Assembly: GCA_963759265.1 (NCBI GenBank)
Contig: CAVWYR010000002.1
Span: 311,408 to 375,407, forward strand
Length of the DNA stretch: 64,000 nt
Direction: 5' to 3'
Source of the DNA: an uncultured Solirubrobacteraceae bacterium
Lineage (GTDB): Bacteria; Actinomycetota; Thermoleophilia; Solirubrobacterales; Solirubrobacteraceae
Part shown: positions 19,312 through 28,571 of the stretch, piece by piece
How the letters are laid out: each line of letters begins with the position of its first letter
Numbering within the stretch: the stretch's first letter is position 1
Program-made: the position numbers and the translations under genes
The notes under the pieces: generated by a model
The model's database searches: none
The model's input: only the letters and a program-made list of their open reading frames with translations
Told to the model about the DNA's origin: nothing

Positions 19312-21526
19312 TCAACGCAGGCGCAGCGCGAGCAGCGCGATGTCGTCGCGCAGCCTGCCCTCTGCGCGCACCAGCGCTGCCTGCTCGATCCGCGTGAGCA
19401 TGTCGCCGAGCGTGGTTTGGAGCGTGAGGTGCCGGGGATCGACGAAGGTCTGCTCGTCCAACTGGCCTCCCACCCGGTCTGCCTCCGGCAGCCCGTCGGT
19501 GTACAGCAGCAGCGTCTGGCCAGCCTGAAGCCCTATATCGACTTCGCTGATCTCGATCGGGTCGAGCACGCCAAGCAGCGTGCCGGGTTTGCCGATCAGC
19601 GTCTGTGAGCCATCGGCGTCGATCAGCAACGGCGGGGGGTGCCCGGCGAGCGCGATCGTCAGTCGGGCGTTTGCGGGCAGAAGCTCGAGTGTGACCAGGC
19701 AGACGGTGCAAAGGTCAGAGCCCGATGGTTGCCGGCGCAGCGCCGCGTGCAACGTGCCGAGCATCGCGGTGGGCGTCTGGCCGAGCATCGCCGCGGCGCG
19801 CAACGTGTGGCGCGCGAGCGCGGTCACGCCGGCCGCGCGCGCGCCCTTGCCGCATACGTCGCCGATCACGAGCAGCCAGCGCTCGGCGTCGTAAGAGAGC
19901 ACATCGTAGAAGTCGCCGCCAACGTCGTTGAGCTCACCGGCGGCGCGATACAGGGCCGCTATCTCCACGCCGGGGATCTCGGGCAGTGACTCGGGCAGCA
20001 GCGCGGCCTCGAGCATCCGTGCGATCTTCGTTCGCTCTGTGTAGAGGCGCGCGCTTTCGACGGCGGTCCCCGCGCGACGGCCGAGTCGCTCGGCGAGCGC
20101 GAGGTCGGCCACCGACAGCCGACGCGCCGACTCTGAGGAGACGAGCGTGATCGCTCCGATCGTGCCACCTGGCGCCGCCAGCGGAACGATGATCACAGCG
20201 GTTGCCTCGATCGCGCTCAGCAACGTCAGGTGCGCGTCGTCGCGAGCGTACTCGGCCAGGGCCTGTGGCTCGATGTCGGTGTAGATGCGAGCTTCGCCGC
20301 TGCGGATCACCTCCGGCACACCGAGGGGCTCGTCCAGTGCAGGACGGTAGCCGCGGTCGAGCGCCGCGGCCAACTCCAGCCTGCCCGGATCGCTGTGATG
20401 CACGGCTACGCGTTCAAGCTCGCCGCTCTCGTCGATCACGTCGACGGCGCACCAGTCGGCGAGCTGCGGCACCGCGAGCCGCGCGAGCAGCTGCAGCGTC
20501 TCGGCATAGTCCATCGAGGACGCGAGCGCGCGGCTCGCCTCCGCCATGAAGCTCTCCGCCAGCTGCGCGCGCTTGACCTCGGTGATGTTCTCGAAGACGT
20601 TGACGGCATACAGGATCTCGAGCGCTCTCGGGGTCGATGATCGGCGAGGAGCGCACGATCAGCCAGCGCTCCTCACCGGTCGCGCGCACGACGTTCCGGA
20701 CCAGTAGCGGCTCGGGGCTCTCGCCGGCGAACAGACGTCTGGCGGGCATGCTCTCCAGGTCGAGCTCTCGTCCGTCCTCGTCGAGCACGAGAAAGCGCGA
20801 CATGATCGTCCCTGGGCGGGCGCTGACGAGCTCCGCGGGGGTGCTCACGCCGAGCAGATCCGCGGCGGCCTGGTTGGCGAAGACGGTCTGTCCACGCGCG
20901 TCGATCAGCGTAATCGCCTCGGCCACGTTCACGAGCACGGCCTCCAGGCGCTGCTCGACGCGGCGAAGCGCCGAGAACAGGCGAGCGTTGTCGATCGCCA
21001 TCGCGGCACGCCCGGCGAGCTCGCACGCGAGCGGCAGATCTGCGCGTGTGTACGGCTCTCCGTCGCCGATGCGCAGCAGCGAGAGGGCACCGAGCGTGCG
21101 TCCGTGCGCGCGCAGTGGCGCGACCGCCGCCGAGTGGTAGCGATGCTCGATCATGAACCGCGCATGCTCGGAGCCCTGTGCGAACGAGCGCAGCAACATG
21201 CTCGTCATCTCCTCCAACAGCTCCGGCTCGCCGCTGGCGATCACGCGCGCTACGGGGTGCTCCCCCCGAGGGTCGAGCGGAAACTCCCTGCGCATCGCCT
21301 CCAGGGCGGGTGCCAGCTGCGGGTCCGACGACGCGACCGCGACCTCTCTGATCGAACCATCCTCGTCGAGCAGATCGATCACGCACAGGTCGGCCAGACG
21401 CGGCACCGTCAGATGCGCGACCTGGTCCATCGTCGTCGCGAGATCGAGCGATGTCGCGAGGACGGCGCCCGCCTCCACGAGCAACTCGACCGTGAGGTCG
21501 TTCTGCGGCAGCGTCTGCTCGCTCAC
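19312..21526 (-). pseudogene. GAF-PAS-GAF-PP2C (SpoIIE/RsbU-type) serine phosphatase, interrupted by a +1 frameshift near 20612-20632
   Basis: Track ORFs 20414..21577 (GAF+PAS) and 19312..20547 (GAF+PP2C) join as ...ERWLIVRSSPIIDPES/LEILYAVNVFENITEVKRAQLAESFMAEASRALASS. This is colinear with the intact paralog 22308..24443. The span is 3n+1 nt. GTG 21526 lies 4 nt after the upstream stop. Confidence 0.8.
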
Positions 21527-21530
21527 AGCT

Positions 21531-21965
21531 CTAACTCGGCGGCGGGTTCGCGATCTCGAACCACACGCGCGTGCCACCCTCCCGGTCCACTCCCCAGCGA
21601 GTCGCCTGCTTGTCCACGAGATACAGGCCGTAGCCGCCCTGCGGCCTGGCTTGCTCGCGGGGCTTTGCCGCGAAGCCGCTGCCGCGATCGATCACCTCGA
21701 TCCGAACCGCGCCCCGATCCAGCAGGTGCGCGCAGAGCATGATCGCGCTCGCCGGCGGCGCGTCCGAATGCAGGACGGCGTTCGACACCAGCTCTGAGAC
21801 GAGCAGCGTCAGCGTGGCGAGCTCGTCTGGCGGGAGCTCGCTGCTCTCGGTGAAGCCGGCGATCGCCGCGCGCGCCACCGACGGAGCCTGCGGCTCGCGT
21901 TGCAGCGTCAGCTGCAGGGTGCGCGCGTCCTCGGGATCTGCGGCGCGGTCGGAGATCGCGATCAT
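21531..21965 (-). CDS. Anti-sigma regulatory factor, serine/threonine kinase (RsbW-like HATPase)
   Basis: 144 aa from ATG 21965. N-box ELVSNAVLH and G-box DRGSGF. The ATG overlaps the repaired STAS stop (ATGA). Confidence 0.8.
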   Translation of the reverse strand: MIAISDRAADPEDARTLQLTLQREPQAPSVARAAIAGFTESSELPPDELATLTLLVSELVSNAVLHSDAPPASAIMLCAHLLDRGAVRIEVIDRGSGFAAKPREQARPQGGYGLYLVDKQATRWGVDREGGTRVWFEIANPPPS

Positions 21966-22299
21966 GAGCTCCGAGCATCCTTGAACGGGAGCACGCTGTC
22001 GGCGCCTGTCATGCGCAGCACGAGGTTGGCAGACTCGTGCGAAGGCGCCACGAGCGACAGCGTCCACTGCTCGCGCTTGGCACGTTATCGAGCTCGATCA
22101 GCAGTCGCAGCCCAGAGGAATCCATAAAGGTGACGCCACTCAAGTCGACGGTCAAGGCTTTGCGCTCGCCTCCAATCTGGCCGTCGATGTGTTGAGCGAG
22201 CACTGGGATACTGCTGAGATCAAGCTCACCTTCGACGGCCAGGATTCGGTGTTCCCCGTCCGTCTGCTCCCTAACCTCGACTCTGATTGGTCTTACCAT
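21962..22299 (-). pseudogene. STAS-domain anti-sigma antagonist with a 1-nt deletion-type frameshift near 22081-22090
   Basis: The track ORF 22009..22299 reads ...FMDSSGLRLLIELDN and then nonsense. The adjacent frame continues RAKREQWTLSLVAPSHESANLVLRMTGADSVLPFKDARSSS* and ends in the TGA that overlaps the next gene's ATG. The span is 3n+2 nt. Confidence 0.75.
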
Positions 22300-22307
22300 C
22301 GGTCCCC

Positions 22308-24443
22308 TTATGCCGGCGTTGTAATGGTGCCCGCTCGCAGCACCGCGTGTGTCTGAAGTTGCGCCCCGGCGGCGGCGCCGTCGGAAAGTCGACGAAGGGC
22401 GATCGCAGCGGTGTCGTCTGTGTACGTACCGGCCTGGAAGATCTCAAGCTCGCGAGTCAAGCCGTCCACGACCTCGGCTGCCGGGCGCTCGCGCACGCGT
22501 TCGAGCGTTTCGCGCAGCCGTGGCAGCCCGAAGCGCCCGTCTGCCTGCCCCTTCGCGTCGGTGACCCCGTCTGTGTATGCGACGACCGTGCTCCCCGCCT
22601 CCAGCTCGAGCGAGAAGTCACTCCAGCGCGCGCCCTGGAAGGCTCCAAGCAGCGGCCCGTGATCGGCCAGCTCGGCGACCGCCTGATCCGACAGCAGCAG
22701 CGGCAGGGGGTGACCGCCGACGGCAAGCGTCACGCTATCGCCCTCGAGTCGCATGCAGAGAGCGGTGCAGACCGACAGCGTGGCGCGCTTCTTGAGCGTC
22801 GCATCGACGAACGCGAGCAGCTCAGCAGGACTCGAGAGAAACTCCGACGCGGTTCGCAGCGTGTGGCGCACGAGCGCCGTCAGAGCGGCGGCCTCGATCC
22901 CCTTGCCGGTCACATCGCCAATCACGATCATCCAGCTGCCGCGGACCTCCCAGACGTCGTAGAAATCGCCACCGACCATGCTCGTCTCGACGGCCGGCAG
23001 ATAAATGCTCGCAACTTCATATCCGGGGATCGGCGGCAGTTGCTCGGGTAGCAGGCTCTGCTGCAGCGTACGGGCGATCGATGAGCGCTCGCTGTAAAGC
23101 CTCGAGTTCTCGATCGCCACCGCAGCTCGCGAGGCGACCTGTTCTGCGAGCTCGCGGTCGAACTCGTCGAGGGCGCGGATCGACTCCGCGATGACGAGCG
23201 TCATCGCGCCGAGGATGCGGTCTCCCAATCGCATCGGCACGATCAGCACTGAGCGAAACCCGAGCGCGCGCAGCAGCCCCAGGTGGCGATCATCGATCGC
23301 CGCGTGCACGAGCATCTCGTCGGTGATCTCAGGGTAGATCACGGCTTCACCCGTACGCAGAACCCGGCCAAGGCCCTCGCCTGGGTTGACCCGGTCAGGG
23401 ACGTAGCGGCGCAGTGTCTCGGCGAGGCTGACCATCTCGCGATCGCCGTGCGCGACCGCGACCGTGCGTCTGTCGCCGTCCTCGTCGAGCAGATCGACGG
23501 CGCACCAGTCGGCTATGCCAGGCACCGCCAGCTCGGCGACGTTACGAAGTGTCTGCTCATAGTCCAGAGAGGAGGCCAGCGCGGCGCTCGCCTCCGCAAG
23601 AAACGCGCTGCGCAGCTCGGCGCGCTTGCGCTCGGTGACGTCCTCGATGATCGTGATCGTCGCCTCGACCTCGCCCTGCTCGTCCAGCAGCGGCGCCGAC
23701 TTCAGCAGGTTCCAGCGTCGTACGCCTGAGTGTCGATTGACCGTCTGGATGAGCAGCGGCTCGGCCGCCTCGCCTCGCAGCAGTCGCACCGACGGGATGT
23801 CGCTCATCGCGATCTCACGGCCGTCCTCGCCGCGGACCACGTAGTCGCTCATGATCTCCGACGGGGCGGTCTCGCGCAGCTCCTTCAAGGAGTCAAAGCC
23901 GAGATGTACGAGCGCGGCGCCGTTGGCGTACAAGAAGCGATGCTCACGATCGCGGATCGTGATGGGATCGGCGAGGGGACCGATGATCGCCTCGAAGCGA
24001 CGCTCGCTTCCTCGCAGTGCCGCGCGCAGTTCCTCCACCAGGCGCTCTCGCTCGCCCTCCGCCTGCCTGCGCTCGGATATGTCTTGGATGAACGCATGAA
24101 AGAACCAGCGCTCGGTCGTGTCCCGGTGCGCCGAGATCGTCATCTCCACCGGAAACTCGCTGCCGTCGCCCCTGAGCGCCACAACCTCGATACGTTGGTC
24201 GAGCACCGGGCCGACCTCCTCGGCCACGAAGCGCCGCAGCCCAGCCAGGTGCAAGGCGCGAAAGCGCTCAGGAATGATCAGCTCAGCGACCGTACGTCCG
24301 AGCGCCTGCTCACGCGTCAGCTCGAATATGCGCTCCGCACTCGGATTCCAGTACGTGACAAATCCGTGCTCGTCCATCAGCACGGCGGCGTTGTGCGCGC
24401 GATCGAGGATGAGCTCCGTGAGATCCGACGCCATCGGGTCCAT
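22308..24443 (-). CDS. PAS-PAS-GAF-PP2C (SpoIIE/RsbU-type) serine phosphatase
   Basis: Intact 711-aa ORF with two PAS modules, a GAF domain (IADWCAVDLLDEDG...) and a C-terminal PP2C domain (GGDFYDV..., VIGDVTGKG..., YTDGVTDA). Confidence 0.88.
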   Translation of the reverse strand: MDPMASDLTELILDRAHNAAVLMDEHGFVTYWNPSAERIFELTREQALGRTVAELIIPERFRALHLAGLRRFVAEEVGPVLDQRIEVVALRGDGSEFPVEMTISAHRDTTERWFFHAFIQDISERRQAEGERERLVEELRAALRGSERRFEAIIGPLADPITIRDREHRFLYANGAALVHLGFDSLKELRETAPSEIMSDYVVRGEDGREIAMSDIPSVRLLRGEAAEPLLIQTVNRHSGVRRWNLLKSAPLLDEQGEVEATITIIEDVTERKRAELRSAFLAEASAALASSLDYEQTLRNVAELAVPGIADWCAVDLLDEDGDRRTVAVAHGDREMVSLAETLRRYVPDRVNPGEGLGRVLRTGEAVIYPEITDEMLVHAAIDDRHLGLLRALGFRSVLIVPMRLGDRILGAMTLVIAESIRALDEFDRELAEQVASRAAVAIENSRLYSERSSIARTLQQSLLPEQLPPIPGYEVASIYLPAVETSMVGGDFYDVWEVRGSWMIVIGDVTGKGIEAAALTALVRHTLRTASEFLSSPAELLAFVDATLKKRATLSVCTALCMRLEGDSVTLAVGGHPLPLLLSDQAVAELADHGPLLGAFQGARWSDFSLELEAGSTVVAYTDGVTDAKGQADGRFGLPRLRETLERVRERPAAEVVDGLTRELEIFQAGTYTDDTAAIALRRLSDGAAAGAQLQTHAVLRAGTITTPA

Positions 24444-24553
24444 TATCTCCTACTTGTAAAGACGCAACGAGGGCGATCCACGAGCCGTACGATCCTGGAC
24501 CGCGTCCGATCCCGTGGGCGCGCCACGCATGCTCGTGGCGGGGCTCGCGAGCC

Positions 24554-24970
24554 CTACGTGTCTGGCTGCGCGAAGCTACGAAACGTCGCGGCCATGCCGC
24601 GGTCGACGGCGACGCGCGTCGCGCGATCGAACTCCGCGGCGTCTTCGCCCTGCCTCGCAGAGATGTCCTCGCCGGCGTCGAGCTCGAGGTCGGAGTTGAC
24701 CTGGAGCACGACGCTCTCGAGAAGATGACGAAGCTCTTCCGCTGATCCCTCCAGCACATCTGCAACCTCGATCCGGTTCTTCCTGATCGTGACGCCTCCC
24801 CATCCTTGGTTGCCGCTCTGTAGGAGCGCCAGCACGCCATCGAAGTCCTTGACCCACCCCTTCGGGGCATCGCCGGTCAACTCCACCGTGAGGCTGCCGT
24901 CGCGGACCTCCGCGCTGGCCCAATCGATCTCTCGTGCGCGGACCTGCTGAGCCGACCGCTTGCGTGTCAT
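24554..24970 (-). CDS. Hypothetical protein (138 aa, acidic, no recognised domain)
   Basis: ORF with good GC3. ATGA overlap with the upstream 71-aa ORF. Lies downstream of a SigB-like promoter. Confidence 0.55.
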   Translation of the reverse strand: MTRKRSAQQVRAREIDWASAEVRDGSLTVELTGDAPKGWVKDFDGVLALLQSGNQGWGGVTIRKNRIEVADVLEGSAEELRHLLESVVLQVNSDLELDAGEDISARQGEDAAEFDRATRVAVDRGMAATFRSFAQPDT

Positions 24971-25182
24971 GAGCCCGCGCTACCCTCCGACACCTTGCGG
25001 GCGCTCGACCGGCCCGTGATGCTTCGTTGAGCCGACTCGGCGTAACGGATTGCCGCGGCAAACGAGCGAGCCTCCTCCAGCGTGATCTGCGACGGCACCG
25101 CTGCGCCGCGTGGCTGCGCGCGCTTGGGGTCTCGCTCTCTCGCAAGGCGGCTGAACATGTAGTCGGCGACGCTTTCACTCAT
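24967..25182 (-). CDS. Hypothetical small protein (71 aa)
   Basis: ORF preceded by AAAGGACGAGGAG. Translationally coupled (ATGA) to 24554..24970. Confidence 0.5.
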   Translation of the reverse strand: MSESVADYMFSRLARERDPKRAQPRGAAVPSQITLEEARSFAAAIRYAESAQRSITGRSSARKVSEGSAGS

Positions 25183-25230
25183 CTCCTCGTCCTTTCACAT
25201 CGGCACGTCGGAACTCATCCCTCCCGCGAG

Positions 25231-25256
25231 CTACCCCGCCGCTCCGCGGCCGAAAC
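25231..25256 (-). promoter_or_regulatory. SigB/SigF-type promoter (GTTTCG-N14-GGGTAG) for the 25182..24554 operon
   Basis: In minus sense: GTTTCG (25256-25251), a 14-nt spacer, then GGGTAG (25236-25231). This is ~45 nt upstream of ATG 25182. Confidence 0.55.
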
Positions 25257-25290
25257 GACGCGACTGACGCAGCCGAGACGATGCGTCGAA

Positions 25291-25315
25291 GTTTCGGTGT
25301 CAGCGGCCGGGGTAT
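25291..25315 (+). promoter_or_regulatory. SigB/SigF-type promoter (GTTTCG-N13-GGGTAT) for 25325..26432
   Basis: GTTTCG (25291-25296), a 13-nt spacer, then GGGTAT (25310-25315), 9 nt before ATG 25325. This implies a leaderless or very short leader. Confidence 0.55.
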
Positions 25316-25324
25316 AGGTGCTTC

Positions 25325-25564
25325 ATGACAACTGGAAGCTCCATATTCCTGATAGCCGTGGGTGCCATTCTGCGCTATGCCGTGACAGCGACCGTCTCGG
25401 GCATCTCGCTCCAGACAATCGGGCTGATTCTCATCATCGCGGGGGTCCTTGGGCTCGTGCTCTCGCTCTTCTACACGCTCGCCTGGGGCCCTCGACGCGG
25501 ACAGGTCGTTCGCGACCGCGTGGTCGAACGTGAGCCCTACGAAGAGCCGCCGGTCGGCCTTTAG
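25325..25564 (+). CDS. Small two-TM membrane protein (DUF6458-like)
   Basis: 79 aa, MTTGSSIFLIAVGAILRYAV...LILIIAGVLGLVLSLFY, followed by a charged tail. Confidence 0.65.
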   Translation: MTTGSSIFLIAVGAILRYAVTATVSGISLQTIGLILIIAGVLGLVLSLFYTLAWGPRRGQVVRDRVVEREPYEEPPVGL

Positions 25565-25613
25565 CGGCTGGCGGCGCCCACTCAACAGCCGCGACAGAAG
25601 GAGGCGTGTGACG

Positions 25614-25805
25614 ATGCCACCAAGTGGCGTGAAGAAAGGCAGCAAGCGCGACCGTCAATATGAGCACGTCAAGCAGGCCGAGCGCGAGCGCGGCGTCTCC
25701 GAGAGCCGCGCAGAGGAGATTGCCGCGCGTACGGTCAACAAGGAACGTGCGCGCAACGGTGAGGCCCGCACGAGCTCCCGGACCTCCACGAACAAGAAAC
25801 GCTAG
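25614..25805 (+). CDS. Small highly basic hydrophilic protein (63 aa)
   Basis: MPPSGVKKGSKRDRQYEHVKQAERERGVSESRAEEIAARTVNKERARNGEARTSSRTSTNKKR, preceded by GAAGGAGG. The in-frame upstream extension in the track (25449) has no support. Confidence 0.6.
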   Translation: MPPSGVKKGSKRDRQYEHVKQAERERGVSESRAEEIAARTVNKERARNGEARTSSRTSTNKKR

Positions 25806-25838
25806 CGACCGGTAGCGGTCCCGGCACGGCTGCGCGCG

Positions 25839-26432
25839 ATGAGCGTTCGAGAACAGGCGCTCCACGGTGCTGAGCGCGGGGAGGCCTCACGCGCGCAGAC
25901 CGCGCCCCGGGCGAGTTCGCCTTCGCACGACGGTCGCAGAGAGACATCGCTCGAGCGCGCCGATCGCAACATGGAAGAGCTCAACGGCGAGTTGCGCGTA
26001 GTCGTTACAGGCGTGCAGGTGCTGTTCGCGTTCCTGCTGGTGGTCCCATTTGACACCGGATTCGCGACGGTCGGGCACTTCGAGCGGACCGTTTACTTCG
26101 TCACCCTCGTATTCGCCGCGTTGTCCGCGGCGTGCACGATCGCGCCGTCCGCGCAGCATCGCTTCCTGTTTCGCCACGATGACAAGCCACACCTCGTGCT
26201 GTTCTCCAACCGCGTCGTGATAGCGGGGCTGGCATGTCTTGCCATGGCGATGTGCGGCGCGCTCCTGCTGGTCGCAACGAAGCTGTTCGGAGAAGGCGCC
26301 GGCGTCCTTGCGACAGCTGTGGGAGCGATCGCGTTCGGTGGGCTCTGGTTCGCAGTCCCGCTGCAGCGCAGGCGAGTGCTCGACGGCGACGGCGACGCCA
26401 ACGTGCGATCGGACGTCCGGCGCGATCGCTGA
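25839..26432 (+). CDS. DUF6328-like membrane protein
   Basis: 197 aa, ...RADRNMEELNGELRVVVTGVQVLFAFLLVVPF..., with three further TM segments. Confidence 0.65.
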   Translation: MSVREQALHGAERGEASRAQTAPRASSPSHDGRRETSLERADRNMEELNGELRVVVTGVQVLFAFLLVVPFDTGFATVGHFERTVYFVTLVFAALSAACTIAPSAQHRFLFRHDDKPHLVLFSNRVVIAGLACLAMAMCGALLLVATKLFGEGAGVLATAVGAIAFGGLWFAVPLQRRRVLDGDGDANVRSDVRRDR

Positions 26433-26472
26433 GCGCACACGTCGCGCTTGCTGAGGCGATGGTAGGCTTTCG

Positions 26473-26496
26473 CGACTAGAGCGATCTATCTAGTCG
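26473..26496. other. Hairpin/palindrome CGACTAGA-N8-TCTAGTCG
   Basis: Perfect 8-bp arms (26473-26480 and 26489-26496), 41 nt after the DUF6328 stop. There is no U-tract, so it could be a terminator or an operator. Confidence 0.3.
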
Positions 26497-26743
26497 GCGA
26501 GAAGACGGAGGTGTGCAGCTGATGCCCGCATTGCAGTTGACCGCAGAGCATGCACCGGCTGCGCCTATCGGGCCGCCTCACGGCCACCGTCCGCACGGCT
26601 TCGTGCGCCACTATGCGAGGCTCCTCGGGCCGGGAGGATCGGTGGCGGCGAAGCTGGCGTTCGAACGCAACCGCGGGCAGCGTGCGAAGCGACTCCTCGG
26701 CGCCGTCGAGGCGCGACGCCGGGCGCCCGCGAGCACGCGGCGC

Positions 26744-27793
26744 ATGCGCGCGCTGCTGGCCGCGCCCGGTGGGCGACTCCGTTGGCAGGAGGTGCCTGCA
26801 CCGGCGGCTCCCGCACCTGATGCGGCGATCGTGCACCCGATCGCCGCCTCGACTTGTGACCTGGACTGCGCCCTCTCGCTCGGCGCGACGCAGCTGCCCC
26901 TGCCCCTGCACCTCGGCCACGAATGTGTCGCGGAGGTCCTCGATGTGGGCGCGCGCGTCGCCACGGTGAAGCCCGGTGACCGGGTGATCGTCCCCTTCCA
27001 GGTGAGCTGCGGTGAGTGCCCTCCGTGCGTGAACGGGCACACCGGTAACTGTGCCTCGGTGCCTCCGATCTCGATGTATGGCTTCGGCCTCGCGGGCGGT
27101 CATTGGGGCGGCGCGTTCTCCGATCGGCTCGCTGTCCCCTATGCCGACGCGATGCTGGTTGCGCTGCCCGACGGCGTTGAGCCGGCCGCCGCAAGCGGCC
27201 TCGCGGACAATGTCTGCGACGCCTACCGCCACGTCGCCCCCCACCTGCCGGCGTTGCTCGAGCGAGACAGCGACGCTGAGGTGCTGATCGTGTCGGTCAG
27301 CGATCACGACTCGAGGTTCAGCGGCAGCGTCCAGCTCTACACGGGCCTCGTCGCCCGCGCGATGGGCGCCCGTCGCGTCGTGCTCGCTGACGCGCGCGCG
27401 CACATCCGAGCAGAAGCCGAGCGCCTTGGCATGCAGACGCTGGAGCCGCGCGAGCTGCGACGGCGGGCACCGGCGCCGCTGGTCGTCGACATGACCTTCG
27501 ACGCGCTCGAGACCTCGCTTTCGAGCACGGCGCCGGACGGGGTCTGCTCGAGCTCGGGAAGCCTCCATCGCAGCGCGCGCATCCCGGCGCTGCTGATGTA
27601 CGGACGCAACATGACGCTGCACGTTGGCCGCACGCACGCTCGCGCGCTGATCCCGCGCGTGCTCGAGCTGATGCTGCAGGCGAACCTGAGTCCGCTCGAG
27701 GTGAGCACGCGCGTCGCATCGATCGACGAGGCACCGATCGTGCTGGCCGAGCACTTCCGTGGCGGCGTCATCAAGACGGTGCTGACCGAGTAG
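26744..27793 (+). CDS. Zinc-binding medium-chain alcohol dehydrogenase family protein
   Basis: GHECVAEV (catalytic Zn site) and CGECPPCVNGHTGNC (structural Zn). 349 aa from ATG 26744. The track ORF start at 26513 is over-extended. Confidence 0.8.
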   Translation: MRALLAAPGGRLRWQEVPAPAAPAPDAAIVHPIAASTCDLDCALSLGATQLPLPLHLGHECVAEVLDVGARVATVKPGDRVIVPFQVSCGECPPCVNGHTGNCASVPPISMYGFGLAGGHWGGAFSDRLAVPYADAMLVALPDGVEPAAASGLADNVCDAYRHVAPHLPALLERDSDAEVLIVSVSDHDSRFSGSVQLYTGLVARAMGARRVVLADARAHIRAEAERLGMQTLEPRELRRRAPAPLVVDMTFDALETSLSSTAPDGVCSSSGSLHRSARIPALLMYGRNMTLHVGRTHARALIPRVLELMLQANLSPLEVSTRVASIDEAPIVLAEHFRGGVIKTVLTE

Positions 27794-28280
27794 GCGCCTG
27801 CAGCTCCTTGCTCAGCATCGCCACGACCTTCACCTGTCCATGCGCGACGCGCTCGATCTCCACGTATCCGCGGGCAGCGTGAAACGCCAGCGATGGCTCG
27901 TTTGCGGGACGCACGTTGACCTCGCACACCATCCGCTCGAGCGGCTGCGCGGCGGCCTCGATCGCGTCGTAGAGCTGCGCGCCGATTCCGTGCCTGCGCA
28001 GCGGGTCGGCGACGACGATCCGATCGAGATACAAAAAACGCTCGAAGCGAGCGGTGAACCAGCGATAGTTCTCGCTGTCGTAGGCGGTCCCCGGCGCGAT
28101 CGCCACGGCGAACGCCGCCACCTCGCCCTCGTGCTCGACGACGAGTGCGCGGTATGCGAGCGAGAGGATCCACTCCAGCCGTTGCTCATCCATCTCACTC
28201 AGCTCCTGCACCGAGGCACGATTCAGCGACAGCAGCAGCGGCCAGTCGGCACGTGTGATCTCCCGCGTCGGCATCCTCAC
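27771..28280 (-). CDS. GNAT family N-acetyltransferase
   Basis: 169 aa with acetyl-CoA motif A context RIVVADPLRRHGIGAQLY. The GTG start overlaps the DUF167 stop (GTGA); ATG 28274 is an alternative. Confidence 0.75.
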   Translation of the reverse strand: MRMPTREITRADWPLLLSLNRASVQELSEMDEQRLEWILSLAYRALVVEHEGEVAAFAVAIAPGTAYDSENYRWFTARFERFLYLDRIVVADPLRRHGIGAQLYDAIEAAAQPLERMVCEVNVRPANEPSLAFHAARGYVEIERVAHGQVKVVAMLSKELQAPTRSAPS

Positions 28281-28498
28281 GGAGGCGACGCCAGCCCCAG
28301 CGCACGACGCAACTCATCCAACGTCACACCCTCGACGCGCACGACCTTCTCGCGCGAGCGCTCGCCGCGGATCACGCTGACCCGAGCGCGCGCCACCCCG
28401 GCGCGCTTGGCGATCAGCTTGCACAGCGCCGCGTTTGCCTGACCCTCGACAGGTGCGGCCGCAACGCTCACGCGCAGAACACCGTCGCGGTCCCCCAC
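28277..28498 (-). CDS. DUF167 (YggU-like) protein; coordinates give the minimal ORF, and the true N-terminus lies upstream
   Basis: VLRVSVAAAPVEGQANAAL...RGERSREKVVRV matches YggU. The same frame stays open upstream and encodes LVLSGVELAVRLQPRAKRNAIVG, equivalent to YggU's LVLRLYIQPKASRDSIVG, but it has no canonical start codon. Confidence 0.7.
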   Translation of the reverse strand: MGDRDGVLRVSVAAAPVEGQANAALCKLIAKRAGVARARVSVIRGERSREKVVRVEGVTLDELRRALGLASPP

Positions 28499-28571
28499 GA
28501 TCGCGTTTCGCTTCGCCCGCGGCTGCAGGCGAACCGCCAGCTCTACGCCGGACAGGACGAGCCTCGGCGTC

